Assembly: GCA_964016885.1 (NCBI GenBank)
Contig: OZ024740.1
Span: 416,392,001-416,456,000 of the forward strand
DNA length: 64,000 nt
Source of the DNA: Eledone cirrhosa
Lineage: Eukaryota
Direction of reading: 5' to 3'
Numbering within the stretch: position 1 is the first letter of the stretch; each line of letters starts with the position of its first letter. The notes under the pieces were generated by a model. That model had not been told where the DNA came from, did no database searches, and worked only from the letters and a program-made list of their open reading frames with translations. Of the stretch, positions 15,101 through 31,000 are shown one piece after another. The translations under genes and the position numbers were made by a program.

Positions 15101-18100
15101 ATACTCATTACACGTTATCACTAAAAGGATATTACCATACTCATTACACTTTATCACTAAAAGGCTATTACCTTACTCATTACACTTTATCATTAAAAGG
15201 ATATTACCATACTCATTACACTTTATCATTAAAAGGCTATTACCTTACTCATTACACTTTATCATTAAAAGGATATTACCATACTCATTACACTTTATCA
15301 TTAAAAGGATATTACCATACTCATTACACGTTATCACTAAAAGGATATTACCATACTCATTACACTTTATCACTAAAAGGCTATTACCTTACTCATTACA
15401 CTTTATCATTAAAAGGATATTACCATACTCATTACACTTTATCATTAAAAGGATATTACCATACTCATTACACGTTATCACTAAAAGGATATTACCATAC
15501 TCATTACACGTTATCACTAAAAGGCTATTACCATACTCATTACACTTTATCACTAAAAGGATATTACCATACTCATTACACTTTATCATTAAAAGGATAT
15601 TACCATACTCATTACACTTTATCATTAAAAGGATATTACCATACTCATTACACTTTATCATTAAAAGGATATTACCATACTCATAACACTTTATCATTAA
15701 AAGGATATTACCATACTCATTACACGTTATCACTAAAAGGATATTACCATACTCATTACACTTTATCATTAAAAGGATATTACCATACTCATTACATGTT
15801 ATCATTAAAAGGATATTACCATACTCATTACACGTTATCACTAAAAGGATATTACCATACTCATTACACTTTATCATTAAAAGGATATTACCATACTCAT
15901 TACACATTATCACTAAAAGGATATTACCATACTCATTACACTTTATCATTAAAAGGATATTACCATACTCATTACACTTTATCATTAAAAGGATATTACC
16001 ATACTCATTACACGTTATCACTAAAAGGATATTACCATACTCATTACACTTTATCATTGAAAGGATATTACCATACTCATTACACGTTATCACTAAAAGG
16101 ATACTACCATACTCATTACACTTTAACATTAAAAGGATATTACCATACTCATTACATGTTATCATTAAAAGGATATTACCACACTCATTACACGTTATCA
16201 CTAAAAGGATATTACCATACTCATTACACTTTATAATTAAAAGGCTATTACCATACTCATTACACGTTATCACTAAAAGGATATTACCATACTCATTACA
16301 CTTTATCATTAAAAGGATATTACCATACTCATTACACTTTATCATTAAAAGGATATTACCATACTCATTACACGTTATCACTAAAAGGATATTACCATAC
16401 TCATTACACTTTATCATTGAAAGGATATTACCATACTCATTACACGTTATCACTAAAAGGATACTACCATACTCATTACACTTTATCATTAAAAGGATAT
16501 TACCATACTCATTACATGTTATCATTAAAAGGATATTACCACACTCATTACACGTTATCACTAAAAGGATATTACCATACTCATTACACTTTATAATTAA
16601 AAGGCTATTACCATACTCATTACACTTTATCACTAAAAGGATATTACCATACTCATTACACTTTATCAATAAAAGGATATTACCATACTCATTATACGTT
16701 ATCACTAAAAGGATATTACCATACTCATTAAACTTTATAATTAAAAGGCTATTACCATACTCATTACATTTTATCACTAAAAGGATATTACCATACTCAT
16801 TACACGTTATCAATAAAAGGATATTACCATACTCATTACACGTTATCATTAAAAGGATATTACCATACTCATTACACTTTATCATTAAAAGGCTATTACC
16901 ATACGCATTATACGTTATCATTAAAAGGATATTACCATACTCATTACACGTTATCACTAAAAGGATATTACCATACTCATTACACTTTATCATTAAAAGG
17001 ATATTACCATACTCATTACACTTTATCACTAAAAGGATGTTACCATACTCATTACACTTTATCATTAAAAGGCTATTACCATACGCATTACAATTTATCA
17101 TTAAAAGGATATTACCATACTCATTACACGTTATCATTAAAAGGATATTACCATACTCATTACACTTTATAATTAAAAGGCTATTACCATACTCATTACA
17201 CTTTATCACTAAAAGGATATTACCATACTCATTACACTTTATCATTAAAAGGCTATTACCTTACTCATTACACTTTATCATTAAAAGGATATTACCATAC
17301 TCATTACACTTTATCATTAAAAGGATATTACCATACTCATTACACGTTATCACTAAAAGGATATTACCATACTCATTACACTTTATCACTAAAAGGCTAT
17401 TACCTTACTCATTACACTTTATCATTAAAAGGATATTACCATACTCATTACAGTTTATCATTAAAAGGCTATTACCTTACTCATTACACTTTATCATTAA
17501 AAGGATATTACCATACTCATTACACTTTATCATTAAAAGGATATTACCATACTCATTACACGTTATCACTAAAAGGATATTACCATACTCATTACACTTT
17601 ATCACTAAAAGGCTATTACCTTACTCATTACACTTTATCATTAAAAGGATATTACCATACTCATTACACTTTATCATTAAAAGGATATTACCATACTCAT
17701 TACACGTTATCACTAAAAGGATATTACCATACTCATTACACGTTATCACTAAAAGGCTATTACCATACTCATTACACTTTATCACTAAAAGGATATTACC
17801 ATACTCATTACACTTTATCATTAAAAGGATATTACCATACTCATTACACTTTATCATTAAAAGGATATTACCATACTCATTACACTTTATCATTAAAAGG
17901 ACATTACCATACTCATAACACTTTATCATTAAAAGGATATTACCATACTCATTACACGTTATCACTAAAAGGATATTACCATACTCATTACACTTTATCA
18001 TTAAAAGGATATTACCATACTCATTACATGTTATCATTAAAAGGATATTACCATACTCATTACACGTTATCACTAAAAGGATATTACCATACTCATTACA

Positions 18101-21100
18101 CTTTATCATTAAAAGGATATTACCATACTCATTACACATTATCACTAAAAGGATATTACCATACTCATTACACTTTATCATTAAAAGGATATTACCATAC
18201 TCATTACACTTTATCATTAAAAGGATATTACCATACTCATTACACGTTATCACTAAAAGGATATTACCATACTCATTACACTTTATCATTGAAAGGATAT
18301 TACCATACTCATTACACGTTATCACTAAAAGGATACTACCATACTCATTACACTTTATCATTAAAAGGATATTACCATACTCATTACATGTTATCATTAA
18401 AAGGATATTACCACACTCATTACACGTTATCACTAAAAGGATATTACCATACTCATTACACTTTATAATTAAAAGGCTATTACCATACTCATTACACGTT
18501 ATCACTAAAAGGATATTACCATACTCATTACACTTTATCATTAAAAGGATATTACCATACTCATTACACTTTATCATTAAAAGGATATTACCATACTCAT
18601 TACACGTTATCACTAAAAGGATATTACCATACTCATTACACTTTATCATTGAAAGGATATTACCATACTCATTACACGTTATCACTAAAAGGATACTACC
18701 ATACTCATTACACTTTATCATTAAAAGGATATTACCATACTCATTACATGTTATCATTAAAAGGATATTACCACACTCATTACACGTTATCACTAAAAGG
18801 ATATTACCATACTCATTACACTTTATAATTAAAAGGCTATTACCATACTCATTACACTTTATCACTAAAAGGATATTACCATACTCATTACACTTTATCA
18901 ATAAAAGGATATTACCATACTCATTATACGTTATCACTAAAAGGATATTACCATACTCATTAAACTTTATAATTAAAAGGCTATTACCATACTCATTACA
19001 TTTTATCACTAAAAGGATATTACCATACTCATTACACGTTATCAATAAAAGGATATTACCATACTCATTACACGTTATCATTAAAAGGATATTACCATAC
19101 TCATTACACTTTATCATTAAAAGGCTATTACCATACGCATTATACGTTATCATTAAAAGGATATTACCATACTCATTACACGTTATCACTAAAAGGATAT
19201 TACCATACTCATTACACTTTATCATTAAAAGGATATTACCATACTCATTACACTTTATAATTAAAAGGCTATTACCATACTCATTACACTTTATAATTAA
19301 AAGGCTATTACCATACTCATTACACTTTATCACTAAAAGGATATTACCATACTCATTACACGTTATCATTAAAAGGATATTACCATACTCATTACACTTT
19401 ATCATTAAAAGGCTATTACCATACGCATTACAATTTATCATTAAAAGGATATTACCATACTCATTACACGTTATCATTAAAAGGATATTACCATACTCAT
19501 TACACTTTATAATTAAAAGGCTATTACCATACTCATTACACTTTATCACTAAAAGGATATTACCATACTCATTACACTTTATCATTAAAAGGATATTACC
19601 ATACTCATTACACTTTATAATTAAAAGGCTATTACCATACTCATTACACTTTATCACTAAAAGGATATTACCATACTCATTACACTTTATCATTAAAAGG
19701 ATATTACCATACTCATTACACTTTATCATTAAAAGGCTATTACCTTACTCATTACACTTTATCATTAAAAGGATATTACCATACTCATTACACTTTATCA
19801 TTAAAAGGATATTACCATACTCATTACACGTTATCACTAAAAGGATATTACCATACTCATTACACTTTATCACTAAAAGGCTATTACCTTACTCATTACA
19901 CTTTATCATTAAAAGGATATTACCATACTCATTACACTTTATCATTAAAAGGCTATTACCTTACTCATTACACTTTATCATTAAAAGGATATTACCATAC
20001 TCATTACACTTTATCATTAAAAGGATATTACCATACTCATTACACGTTATCACTAAAAGGATATTACCATACTCATTACACTTTATCACTAAAAGGCTAT
20101 TACCTTACTCATTACACTTTATCATTAAAAGGATATTACCATACTCATTACACTTTATCATTAAAAGGATATTACCATACTCATTACACGTTATCACTAA
20201 AAGGATATTACCATACTCATTACACGTTATCACTAAAAGGCTATTACCATACTCATTACACTTTATCACTAAAAGGATATTACCATACTCATTACACTTT
20301 ATCATTAAAAGGATATTACCATACTCATTACACTTTATCATTAAAAGGATATTACCATACTCATTACACTTTATCATTAAAAGGATATTACCATACTCAT
20401 AACACTTTATCATTAAAAGGATATTACCATACTCATTACACGTTATCACTAAAAGGATATTACCATACTCATTACACTTTATCATTAAAAGGATATTACC
20501 ATACTCATTACATGTTATCATTAAAAGGATATTACCATACTCATTACACGTTATCACTAAAAGGATATTACCATACTCATTACACTTTATCATTAAAAGG
20601 ATATTACCATACTCATTACACGTTATCACTAAAAGAATATTACCATACTCATTACACTTTATCATTAAAAGGATATTACCATACTCATTACACTTTATCA
20701 TTAAAAGGATATTACCATACTCATTACACGTTATCACTAAAAGGATATTACCATACTCATTACACTTTATCATTAAAAGGATATTACCATACTCATTACA
20801 CTTTATCATTAAAAGGATATTACCATACTCATTACACGTTATCACTAAAAGGATATTACCATACTCATTACACTTTATCATTGAAAGGATATTACCATAC
20901 TCATTACACGTTATCACTAAAAGGATACTACCATACTCATTACACTTTATCATTAAAAGGATATTACCATACTCATTACATGTTATCATTAAAAGGATAT
21001 TACCACACTCATTACACGTTATCACTAAAAGGATATTACCATACTCATTACACTTTATAATTAAAAGGCTATTACCATACTCATTACACTTTATCACTAA

Positions 21101-24100
21101 AAGGATATTACCATACTCATTACACTTTATCAATAAAAGGATATTACCATACTCATTACACGTTATCACTAAAAGGATATTACCATACTCATTAAACTTT
21201 ATAATTAAAAGGCTATTACCATACTCATTACATTTTATCACTAAAAGGATATTACCATACTCATTACACGTTATCAATAAAAGGATATTACCATACTCAT
21301 TACACGTTATCATTAAAAGGATATTACCATACTCATTACACTTTATCATTAAAAGGCTATTACCATACGCATTATACGTTATCATTAAAAGGATATTACC
21401 ATACTCATTACACGTTATCACTAAAAGGATATTACCATACTCATTACACTTTATCATTAAAAGGATATTACCATACTCATTACACTTTATCACTAAAAGG
21501 ATATTACCATACTCATTACACTTTATCATTAAAAGGCTATTACCATACGCATTACAATTTATCATTAAAAGGATATTACCATACTCATTACACGTTATCA
21601 TTAAAAGGATATTACCATACTCATTACACTTTATAATTAAAAGGCTATTACCATACTCATTACACTTTATCACTAAAAGGATATTACCATACTCATTACA
21701 CTTTATCATTAAAAGGCTATTACCTTACTCATTACACTTTATCATTAAAAGGATATTACCATACTCATTACACTTTATCATTAAAAGGATATTACCATAC
21801 TCATTACACGTTATCACTAAAAGGATATTACCATACACATTACACTTTATCACTAAAAGGCTATTACCTTACTCATTACACTTTATCATTAAAAGGATAT
21901 TACCATACTCATTACACTTTATCATTAAAAGGCTATTACCTTACTCATTACACTTTATCATTAAAAGGATATTACCATACTCATTACACTTTATCATTAA
22001 AAGGATATTACCATACTCATTACACGTTATCACTAAAAGGATATTACCATACTCATTACACTTTATCACTAAAAGGCTATTACCTTACTCATTACACTTT
22101 ATCATTAAAAGGATATTACCATACTCATTACACTTTATCATTAAAAGGATATTACCATACTCATTACACGTTATCACTAAAAGGATATTACCATACTCAT
22201 TACACGTTATCACTAAAAGGCTATTACCATACTCATTACACTTTATCACTAAAAGGATATTACCATACTCATTACACTTTATCATTAAAAGGATATTACC
22301 ATACTCATTACACTTTATCATTAAAAGGATATTACCATACTCATTACACTTTATCATTAAAAGGATATTACCATACTCATAACACTTTATCATTAAAAGG
22401 ATATTACCATACTCATTACACGTTATCACTAAAAGGATATTACCATACTCATTACACTTTATCATTAAAAGGATATTACCATACTCATTACATGTTATCA
22501 TTAAAAGGATATTACCATACTCATTACACGTTATCACTAAAAGGATATTACCATACTCATTACACTTTATCATTAAAAGGATATTACCATACTCATTACA
22601 CGTTATCACTAAAAGGATATTACCATACTCATTACACTTTATCATTAAAAGGATATTACCATACTCATTACACTTTATCATTAAAAGGATATTACCATAC
22701 TCATTACACGTTATCACTAAAAGGATATTACCATACTCATTACACTTTATCATTGAAAGGATATTACCATACTCATTACACGTTATCACTAAAAGGATAC
22801 TACCATACTCATTACACTTTATCATTAAAAGGATATTACCATACTCATTACATGTTATCATTAAAAGGATATTACCACACTCATTACACGTTATCACTAA
22901 AAAGATATTACCATACTCATTACACTTTATAATTAAAAGGCTATTACCATACTCATTACACGTTATCACTAAAAGGATATTACCATACTCATTACACTTT
23001 ATCATTAAAAGGATATTACCATACTCATTACACTTTATCATTAAAAGGATATTACCATACTCATTACACGTTATCACTAAAAGGATATTACCATACTCAT
23101 TACACTTTATCATTGAAAGGATATTACCATACTCATTACACGTTATCACTAAAAGGATACTACCATACTCATTACACTTTATCATTAAAAGGATATTACC
23201 ATACTCATTACATGTTATCATTAAAAGGATATTACCACACTCATTACACGTTATCACTAAAAGGATATTACCATACTCATTACACTTTATAATTAAAAGG
23301 CTATTACCATACTCATTACACTTTATCACTAAAAGGATATTACCATACTCATTACACTTTATCAATAAAAGGATATTACCATACTCATTACACGTTATCA
23401 CTAAAAGGATATTACCATACTCATTAAACTTTATAATTAAAAGGCTATTACCATACTCATTACATTTTATCACTAAAAGGATATTACCATACTCATTACA
23501 CGTTATCAATAAAAGGATATTACCATACTCATTACACGTTATCATTAAAAGGATATTACCATACTCATTACACTTTATCATTAAAAGGCTATTACCATAC
23601 GCATTATACGTTATCATTAAAAGGATATTACCATACTCATTACACGTTATCACTAAAAGGATATTACCATACTCATTACACTTTATCATTAAAAGGATAT
23701 TACCATACTCATTACACTTTATCACTAAAAGGATGTTACCATACTCATTACACTTTATCATTAAAAGGCTATTACCATACGCATTACAATTTATCATTAA
23801 AAGGATATTACCATACTCATTACACGTTATCATTAAAAGGATATTACCATACTCATTACACTTTATAATTAAAAGGCTATTACCATACTCATTACACTTT
23901 ATCACTAAAAGGATATTACCATACTCATTACACTTTATCATTAAAAGGCTATTACCTTACTCATTACACTTTATCATTAAAAGGATATTACCATACTCAT
24001 TACACTTTATCATTAAAAGGATATTACCATACTCATTACACGTTATCACTAAAAGGATATTACCATACTCATTACACTTTATCACTAAAAGGCTATTACC

Positions 24101-24941
24101 TTACTCATTACACTTTATCATTAAAAGGATATTACCATACTCATTACACTTTATCATTAAAAGGCTATTACCTTACTCATTACACTTTATCATTAAAAGG
24201 ATATTACCATACTCATTACACTTTATCATTAAAAGGATATTACCATACTCATTACACGTTATCACTAAAAGGATATTACCATACTCATTACACTTTATCA
24301 CTAAAAGGCTATTACCTTACTCATTACACTTTATCATTAAAAGGATATTACCATACTCATTACACTTTATCATTAAAAGGATATTACCATACTCATTACA
24401 CGTTATCACTAAAAGGATATTACCATACTCATTACACGTTATCACTAAAAGGCTATTACCATACTCATTACACTTTATCACTAAAAGGATATTACCATAC
24501 TCATTACACTTTATCATTAAAAGGATATTACCATACTCATTACACTTTATCATTAAAAGGATATTACCATACTCATTACACTTTATCATTAAAAGGATAT
24601 TACCATACTCATAACACTTTATCATTAAAAGGATATTACCATACTCATTACACGTTATCACTAAAAGGATATTACCATACTCATTACACTTTATCATTAA
24701 AAGGATATTACCATACTCATTACACGTTATCACTAAAAGAATATTACCATACTCATTACACTTTATCATTAAAAGGATATTACCATACTCATTACACTTT
24801 ATCATTAAAAGGATATTACCATACTCATTACACGTTATCACTAAAAGGATATTACCATACTCATTACACTTTATCATTGAAAGGATATTACCATACTCAT
24901 TACACGTTATCACTAAAAGGATACTACCATACTCATTACAC
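3133..24941. repeat. Domain A, copy 1: higher-order repeat array of ~1.8-2.7-kb units (52, 76, 55, 49, 55, 62, 69, 55, 62 monomers, then a truncated unit), preceded by 38-mer-spaced partial units
   Basis: Each unit carries the same ordered markers: a cluster of four GGCTATTACCTTAC monomers spaced 4-2-4, then CATAAC (most units), CATGTT, TTGAAAGG, GATACT, CCACAC, TTATAATT, CAATAAAA, ATTAAACT, TACGCATTATAC, TACGCATTACAATT. Phase points (minus-strand ORF stops) 3689, 5057, 6929, 9665, 11645, 13409, 15389, 17621, 20105, 22085, 24317 all differ by multiples of 36. Confidence 0.92.
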
Positions 24942-27900
24942 GTTATCATTAAAAGGATATTACCATACTCATTACACGTTATCATTAAAAGGATATTACC
25001 ATACTCATTACACGTTATCATTAAAAGGATATTACCATACTCATTACACGTTATCATTAAAAGGATATTACCATACTCATTACACGTTATCATTTAAAGG
25101 ATATTACCATACTCATTACACGTTATCACTAAAAGGATATTACCATACTCATTACACGTTATCATTAAAAGAATATTACCATACTCATTACACTTTATCG
25201 TTAAAAGGCTATTACCACACTCATTACACGTTATCATTAAAAGGATATTACCATACTCATTACACGTTATCATTAAAAGGATATTACCATACTCATTACA
25301 CGTTATCATTAAAAGGATATTACCATACTCATTACACGTTATCATTAAAAGGATATTACCATACTCATTACACGTTATCATTAAAAGGATATTACCATAC
25401 TCATTACACTTTATCATTAAAAGGCTATTACCATACTCATTACACGTTATCATTAAAAGGATATTACCATACTCATTACACGTTATCATTAAAAGGATAT
25501 TACCATACTCATTACACTTTATCATTAAAAGGATATTACCATACTCATTACACGTTATCATTAAAAGGATATTACCATACTCATTACACGTTATCATTAA
25601 AAGGATATTACCATACTCATTACACTTTATCATTAAAAGGATATTACCATACTCATTACACTTTATCATTAAAGGGATATTACCATACTCATTACACGTT
25701 ATCATTAAAAGGATATTACCATACTCATTACACGTTATCATTAAAAGGATATTACCATACTAATTACACTTTATCATTAAAAGGATATTACCATACTCAT
25801 TACACGTTATCTTTAAAAGGATATTACCATACTCATTACACGTTATCATTAAAAGGATATTACCATACTCATTACACTTTATCATTAAAAGGATATTACC
25901 ATACTCATTACACTTTATCACTAAAAGGATATTACCATACTCATTACACTTTATAATTAAAAGGCTATTACCATACTCATTACACTTTATCACTAAAAGG
26001 ATATTACCATACTCATTACACTTTATCATTTAAAGGCTATTACCATACTCATTACACTTTATCATTAAAAGGATATTACCATACTCATTACACTTTATCA
26101 TTAAAAGGATATTACCATACTCATTACACTTTATCATTAAAAGGATATTACCATACTCATTACACTTTATCACTAAAAGGCTATTACCATACTCATTACA
26201 CGTTATCATTAAAAGGATATTACCATACTCATTACACTTTATCACTAAAAGGATATTACCATACTCATTACACGTTATCATTAAAGGGATATTACCATAC
26301 TCATTACACTTTATAATTAAAAGGATATTACCATACTCATTACACTTTATCATTAAAAGGATATTACCATACTCATTACACGTTATCATTAAAAGGATAT
26401 TACCATACTCATTACACTTTATAATTAAAAGGATATTACCATACTCATTACACTTTATCATTAAAAGGCTATTACCATACTCATTACACTTTACCATTAA
26501 AAGGATATTACCGTACTCATTACACTTTATCATTAAACGGATATTACCATACTCATTACACGTTATCACTAAAAGGATGTTACCATACTCATTACACTTT
26601 ATCATTAAAAGGCTATTACCATACTCATTACACTTTATCATTAAAAGGATATTACCATACTCATTACACTTTATCATTAAAAGGATATTACCATACTCAT
26701 TACACGTTATCACTAAAAGGATATTACCATACTCATTACACTTTATCATTAAAAGGCTATTACCATACTCATTACACTTTATCATTAAAAGGATATTACC
26801 ATACTCATTACACGTTATCACTAAAAGGATATTACCATACTCATTACACTTTATCATTAAAAGGCTATTACCATACTCATTACACTTTATCACTAAAATG
26901 ATATTACCATACTCATTACACTTTATCACTAAAATGATATTACCATACTCATTACACGTTATCATTAAAAGGATATTACCATACTCATTACACTTTATCA
27001 TTAAAAGGCTATTACCATACTCATTACACGTTATCATTAAAAGGATATTACCATACTCATTACACGTTATCATTAAAAGGATATTACCATACTCATTACA
27101 CGTTATCACTAAAAGGATATTACCATACTCATTACACGTTATCATTAAAAGGATATTACCATACTCATTACACTTTATCGTTAAAAGGCTATTACCATAC
27201 TCATTACACGTTATCATTAAAAGGATATTACCATACTCATTACACGTTATCATTAAAAGGATATTACCATACTCATTACACGTTATCATTAAAAGGATAT
27301 TACCATACTCATTACACGTTATCATTAAAAGGATATTACCATACTCATTACACGTTATCATTAAAAGGATATTACCATACTCATTACACTTTATCATTAA
27401 AAGGCTATTACCATACTCATTACACGTTATCATTAAAAGGATATTACCATACTCATTACACGTTATCATTAAAAGGATATTACCATACTCATTACACGTT
27501 ATCATTAAAAGGATATTACCATACTCATTACACGTTATCATTAAAAGGATATTACCATACTCATTACACGTTATCATTAAAAGGATATTACCATACTCAT
27601 TACACTTTATCATTAAAAGGATATTACCATACTCATTACACGTTATCATTAAAATGATATTACCATACACATTACACTTTATCACTAAAAGGATATTACC
27701 ATACTCATTACACTTTATCACTAAAAGGATATTACCATACTCATTACACGTTATCACTAAAAGGATATTACCATACTCATTACACTTTATCACTAAAAGG
27801 ATATTACCATACTCATTACACTTTATCATTAAAAGGATATTACCATACTCATTACACTTTATCATTAAAAGGATATTACCATACTCATTACACTTTATCA

Positions 27901-28008
27901 TTAAAAGGATATTACCATACTCATTACACTTTATCACTAAAAGGATATTACCATACTCATTACACGTTATCACTAAAAGGATATTACCATACTCATTACA
28001 CTTTATCA
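24942..28008. repeat. Variant domain B, copy 2 (near-identical to ~66-3132, offset 24876 bp = 691 monomers)
   Basis: ORF coordinates 218/884/1154/1701 map to 25094/25760/26030/26577. The rare variant CCGTAC is shared at 1637 and 26513. Confidence 0.92.
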
Positions 28009-31000
28009 CTAAAAGGCTATTACCTTACTCATTACACTTTATCATTAAAAGGATATTACCATACTCATTACACTTTATCATTAAAAGGATATTACCATAC
28101 TCATTACACTTTATCATTAAAAGGATATTACCATACTCATTACACGTTATCACTAAAAGGATATTACCATACTCATTACACTTTATCACTAAAAGGCTAT
28201 TACCTTACTCATTACACTTTATCATTAAAAGGATATTACCATACTCATTACACTTTATCATTAAAAGGATATTACCATACTCATTACACGTTATCACTAA
28301 AAGGATATTACCATACTCATTACACTTTATCACTAAAAGGCTATTACCTTACTCATTACACTTTATCATTAAAAGGATATTACCATACTCATTACACTTT
28401 ATCATTAAAAGGCTATTACCTTACTCATTACACTTTATCATTAAAAGGATATTACCATACTCATTACACTTTATCATTAAAAGGATATTACCATACTCAT
28501 TACACGTTATCACTAAAAGGATATTACCATACTCATTACACTTTATCACTAAAAGGCTATTACCTTACTCATTACACTTTATCATTAAAAGGATATTACC
28601 ATACTCATTACACTTTATCATTAAAAGGATATTACCATACTCATTACACGTTATCACTAAAAGGATATTACCATACTCATTACACGTTATCACTAAAAGG
28701 CTATTACCATACTCATTACACTTTATCACTAAAAGGATATTACCATACTCATTACACTTTATCATTAAAAGGATATTACCATACTCATTACACTTTATCA
28801 TTAAAAGGATATTACCATACTCATTACACGTTATCACTAAAAGGATATTACCATACTCATTACACTTTATCATTAAAAGGATATTACCATACTCATTACA
28901 CGTTATCACTAAAAGGATATTAGCATACTCATTACACTTTATCATTAAAAGGATATTACCATACTCATTACATGTTATCATTAAAAGGATATTACCATAC
29001 TCATTACACGTTATCACTAAAAGGCTATTACCATACTCATTACACTTTAACATTAAAAGGATATTACCATACTCATTACACTTTATCACTAAAAGGATAT
29101 TACCATACTCATTACACGTTATCACTAAAAGGATATTACCATACTCATTACACTTTATCATTAAAAGGATATTACCATACTCATTACATGTTATCATTAA
29201 AAGGATATTACCATACTCATTACACGTTATCACTAAAAGGCTATTACCATACTCATTACACTTTATCATTAAAAGGATATTACCATACTCATTACACTTT
29301 ATCACTAAAAGGATATTACCATACTCATTACACGTTATCACTAAAAGGATATTACCATACTCATTACACTTTATCACTAAAAGGCTATTACCTTACTCAT
29401 TACACTTTATCATTAAAAGGATATTACCATACTCATTACACTTTATCATTAAAAGGATATTACCATACTCATTACACTTTATCATTAAAAGGATATTACC
29501 ATACTCATTACACGTTATCACTAAAAGGATATTACCATACTCATTACACTTTATCACTAAAAGGCTATTACCTTACTCATTACACTTTATCATTAAAAGG
29601 ATATTACCATACTCATTACACTTTATCATTAAAAGGATATTACCATACTCATTACACGTTATCACTAAAAGGATATTACCATACTCATTACACTTTATCA
29701 CTAAAAGGCTATTACCTTACTCATTACACTTTTCATTAAAAGGATATTACCATACTCATTACACTTTATCATTAAAAGGCTATTACCTTACTCATTACAC
29801 TTTATCATTAAAAGGATATTACCATACTCATTACACTTTATCATTAAAAGGATATTACCATACTCATTACACGTTATCACTAAAAGGATATTACCATACT
29901 CATTACACTTTATCACTAAAAGGCTATTACCTTACTCATTACACTTTATCATTAAAAGGATATTACCATACTCATTACACTTTATCATTAAAAGGATATT
30001 ACCATACTCATTACACGTTATCACTAAAAGGATATTACCATACTCATTACACGTTATCACTAAAAGGCTATTACCATACTCATTACACTTTATCACTAAA
30101 AGGATATTACCATACTCATTACACTTTATCATTAAAAGGATATTACCATACTCATTACACTTTATCATTAAAAGGATATTACCATACTCATTACACGTTA
30201 TCACTAAAAGGATATTACCATACTCATTACACTTTATCATTAAAAGGATATTACCATACTCATTACACGTTATCACTAAAAGGATATTACCATACTCATT
30301 ACACTTTATCATTAAAAGGATATTACCATACTCATTACATGTTATCATTAAAAGGATATTACCATACTCATTACACGTTATCACTAAAAGGATATTACCA
30401 TACTCATTACACTTTATCATTAAAAGGATATTACCATACTCATTACACGTTATCACTAAAAGGATATTACCATACTCATTACACTTTATCATTAAAAGGA
30501 TATTACCATACTCATTACACTTTATCATTAAAAGGATATTACCATACTCATTACACGTTATCACTAAAAGGATATTACCATACTCATTACACTTTATCAT
30601 TGAAAGGATATTACCATACTCATTACACGTTATCACTAAAAGGATACTACCATACTCATTACACTTTATCATTAAAAGGATATTACCATACTCATTACAT
30701 GTTATCATTAAAAGGATATTACCACACTCATTACACGTTATCACTAAAAGGATATTACCATACTCATTACACTTTATAATTAAAAGGCTACGACCATACT
30801 CATTACACTTTATCACTAAAAGGATATTACCATACTCATTACACTTTATCAATAAAAGGATATTACCATACTCATTACACGTTATCACTAAAAGGATATT
30901 ACCATACTCATTAAACTTTATAATTAAAAGGCTATTACCATACTCATTACATTTTATCACTAAAAGGATATTACCATACTCATTACAGGTTATCAATAAA

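Noticed and set aside
26577-30779. Apparent two-domain fusion protein or programmed frameshift
   Set aside because: It results entirely from the single 1-bp deletion at ~29733, which may be a sequencing error.
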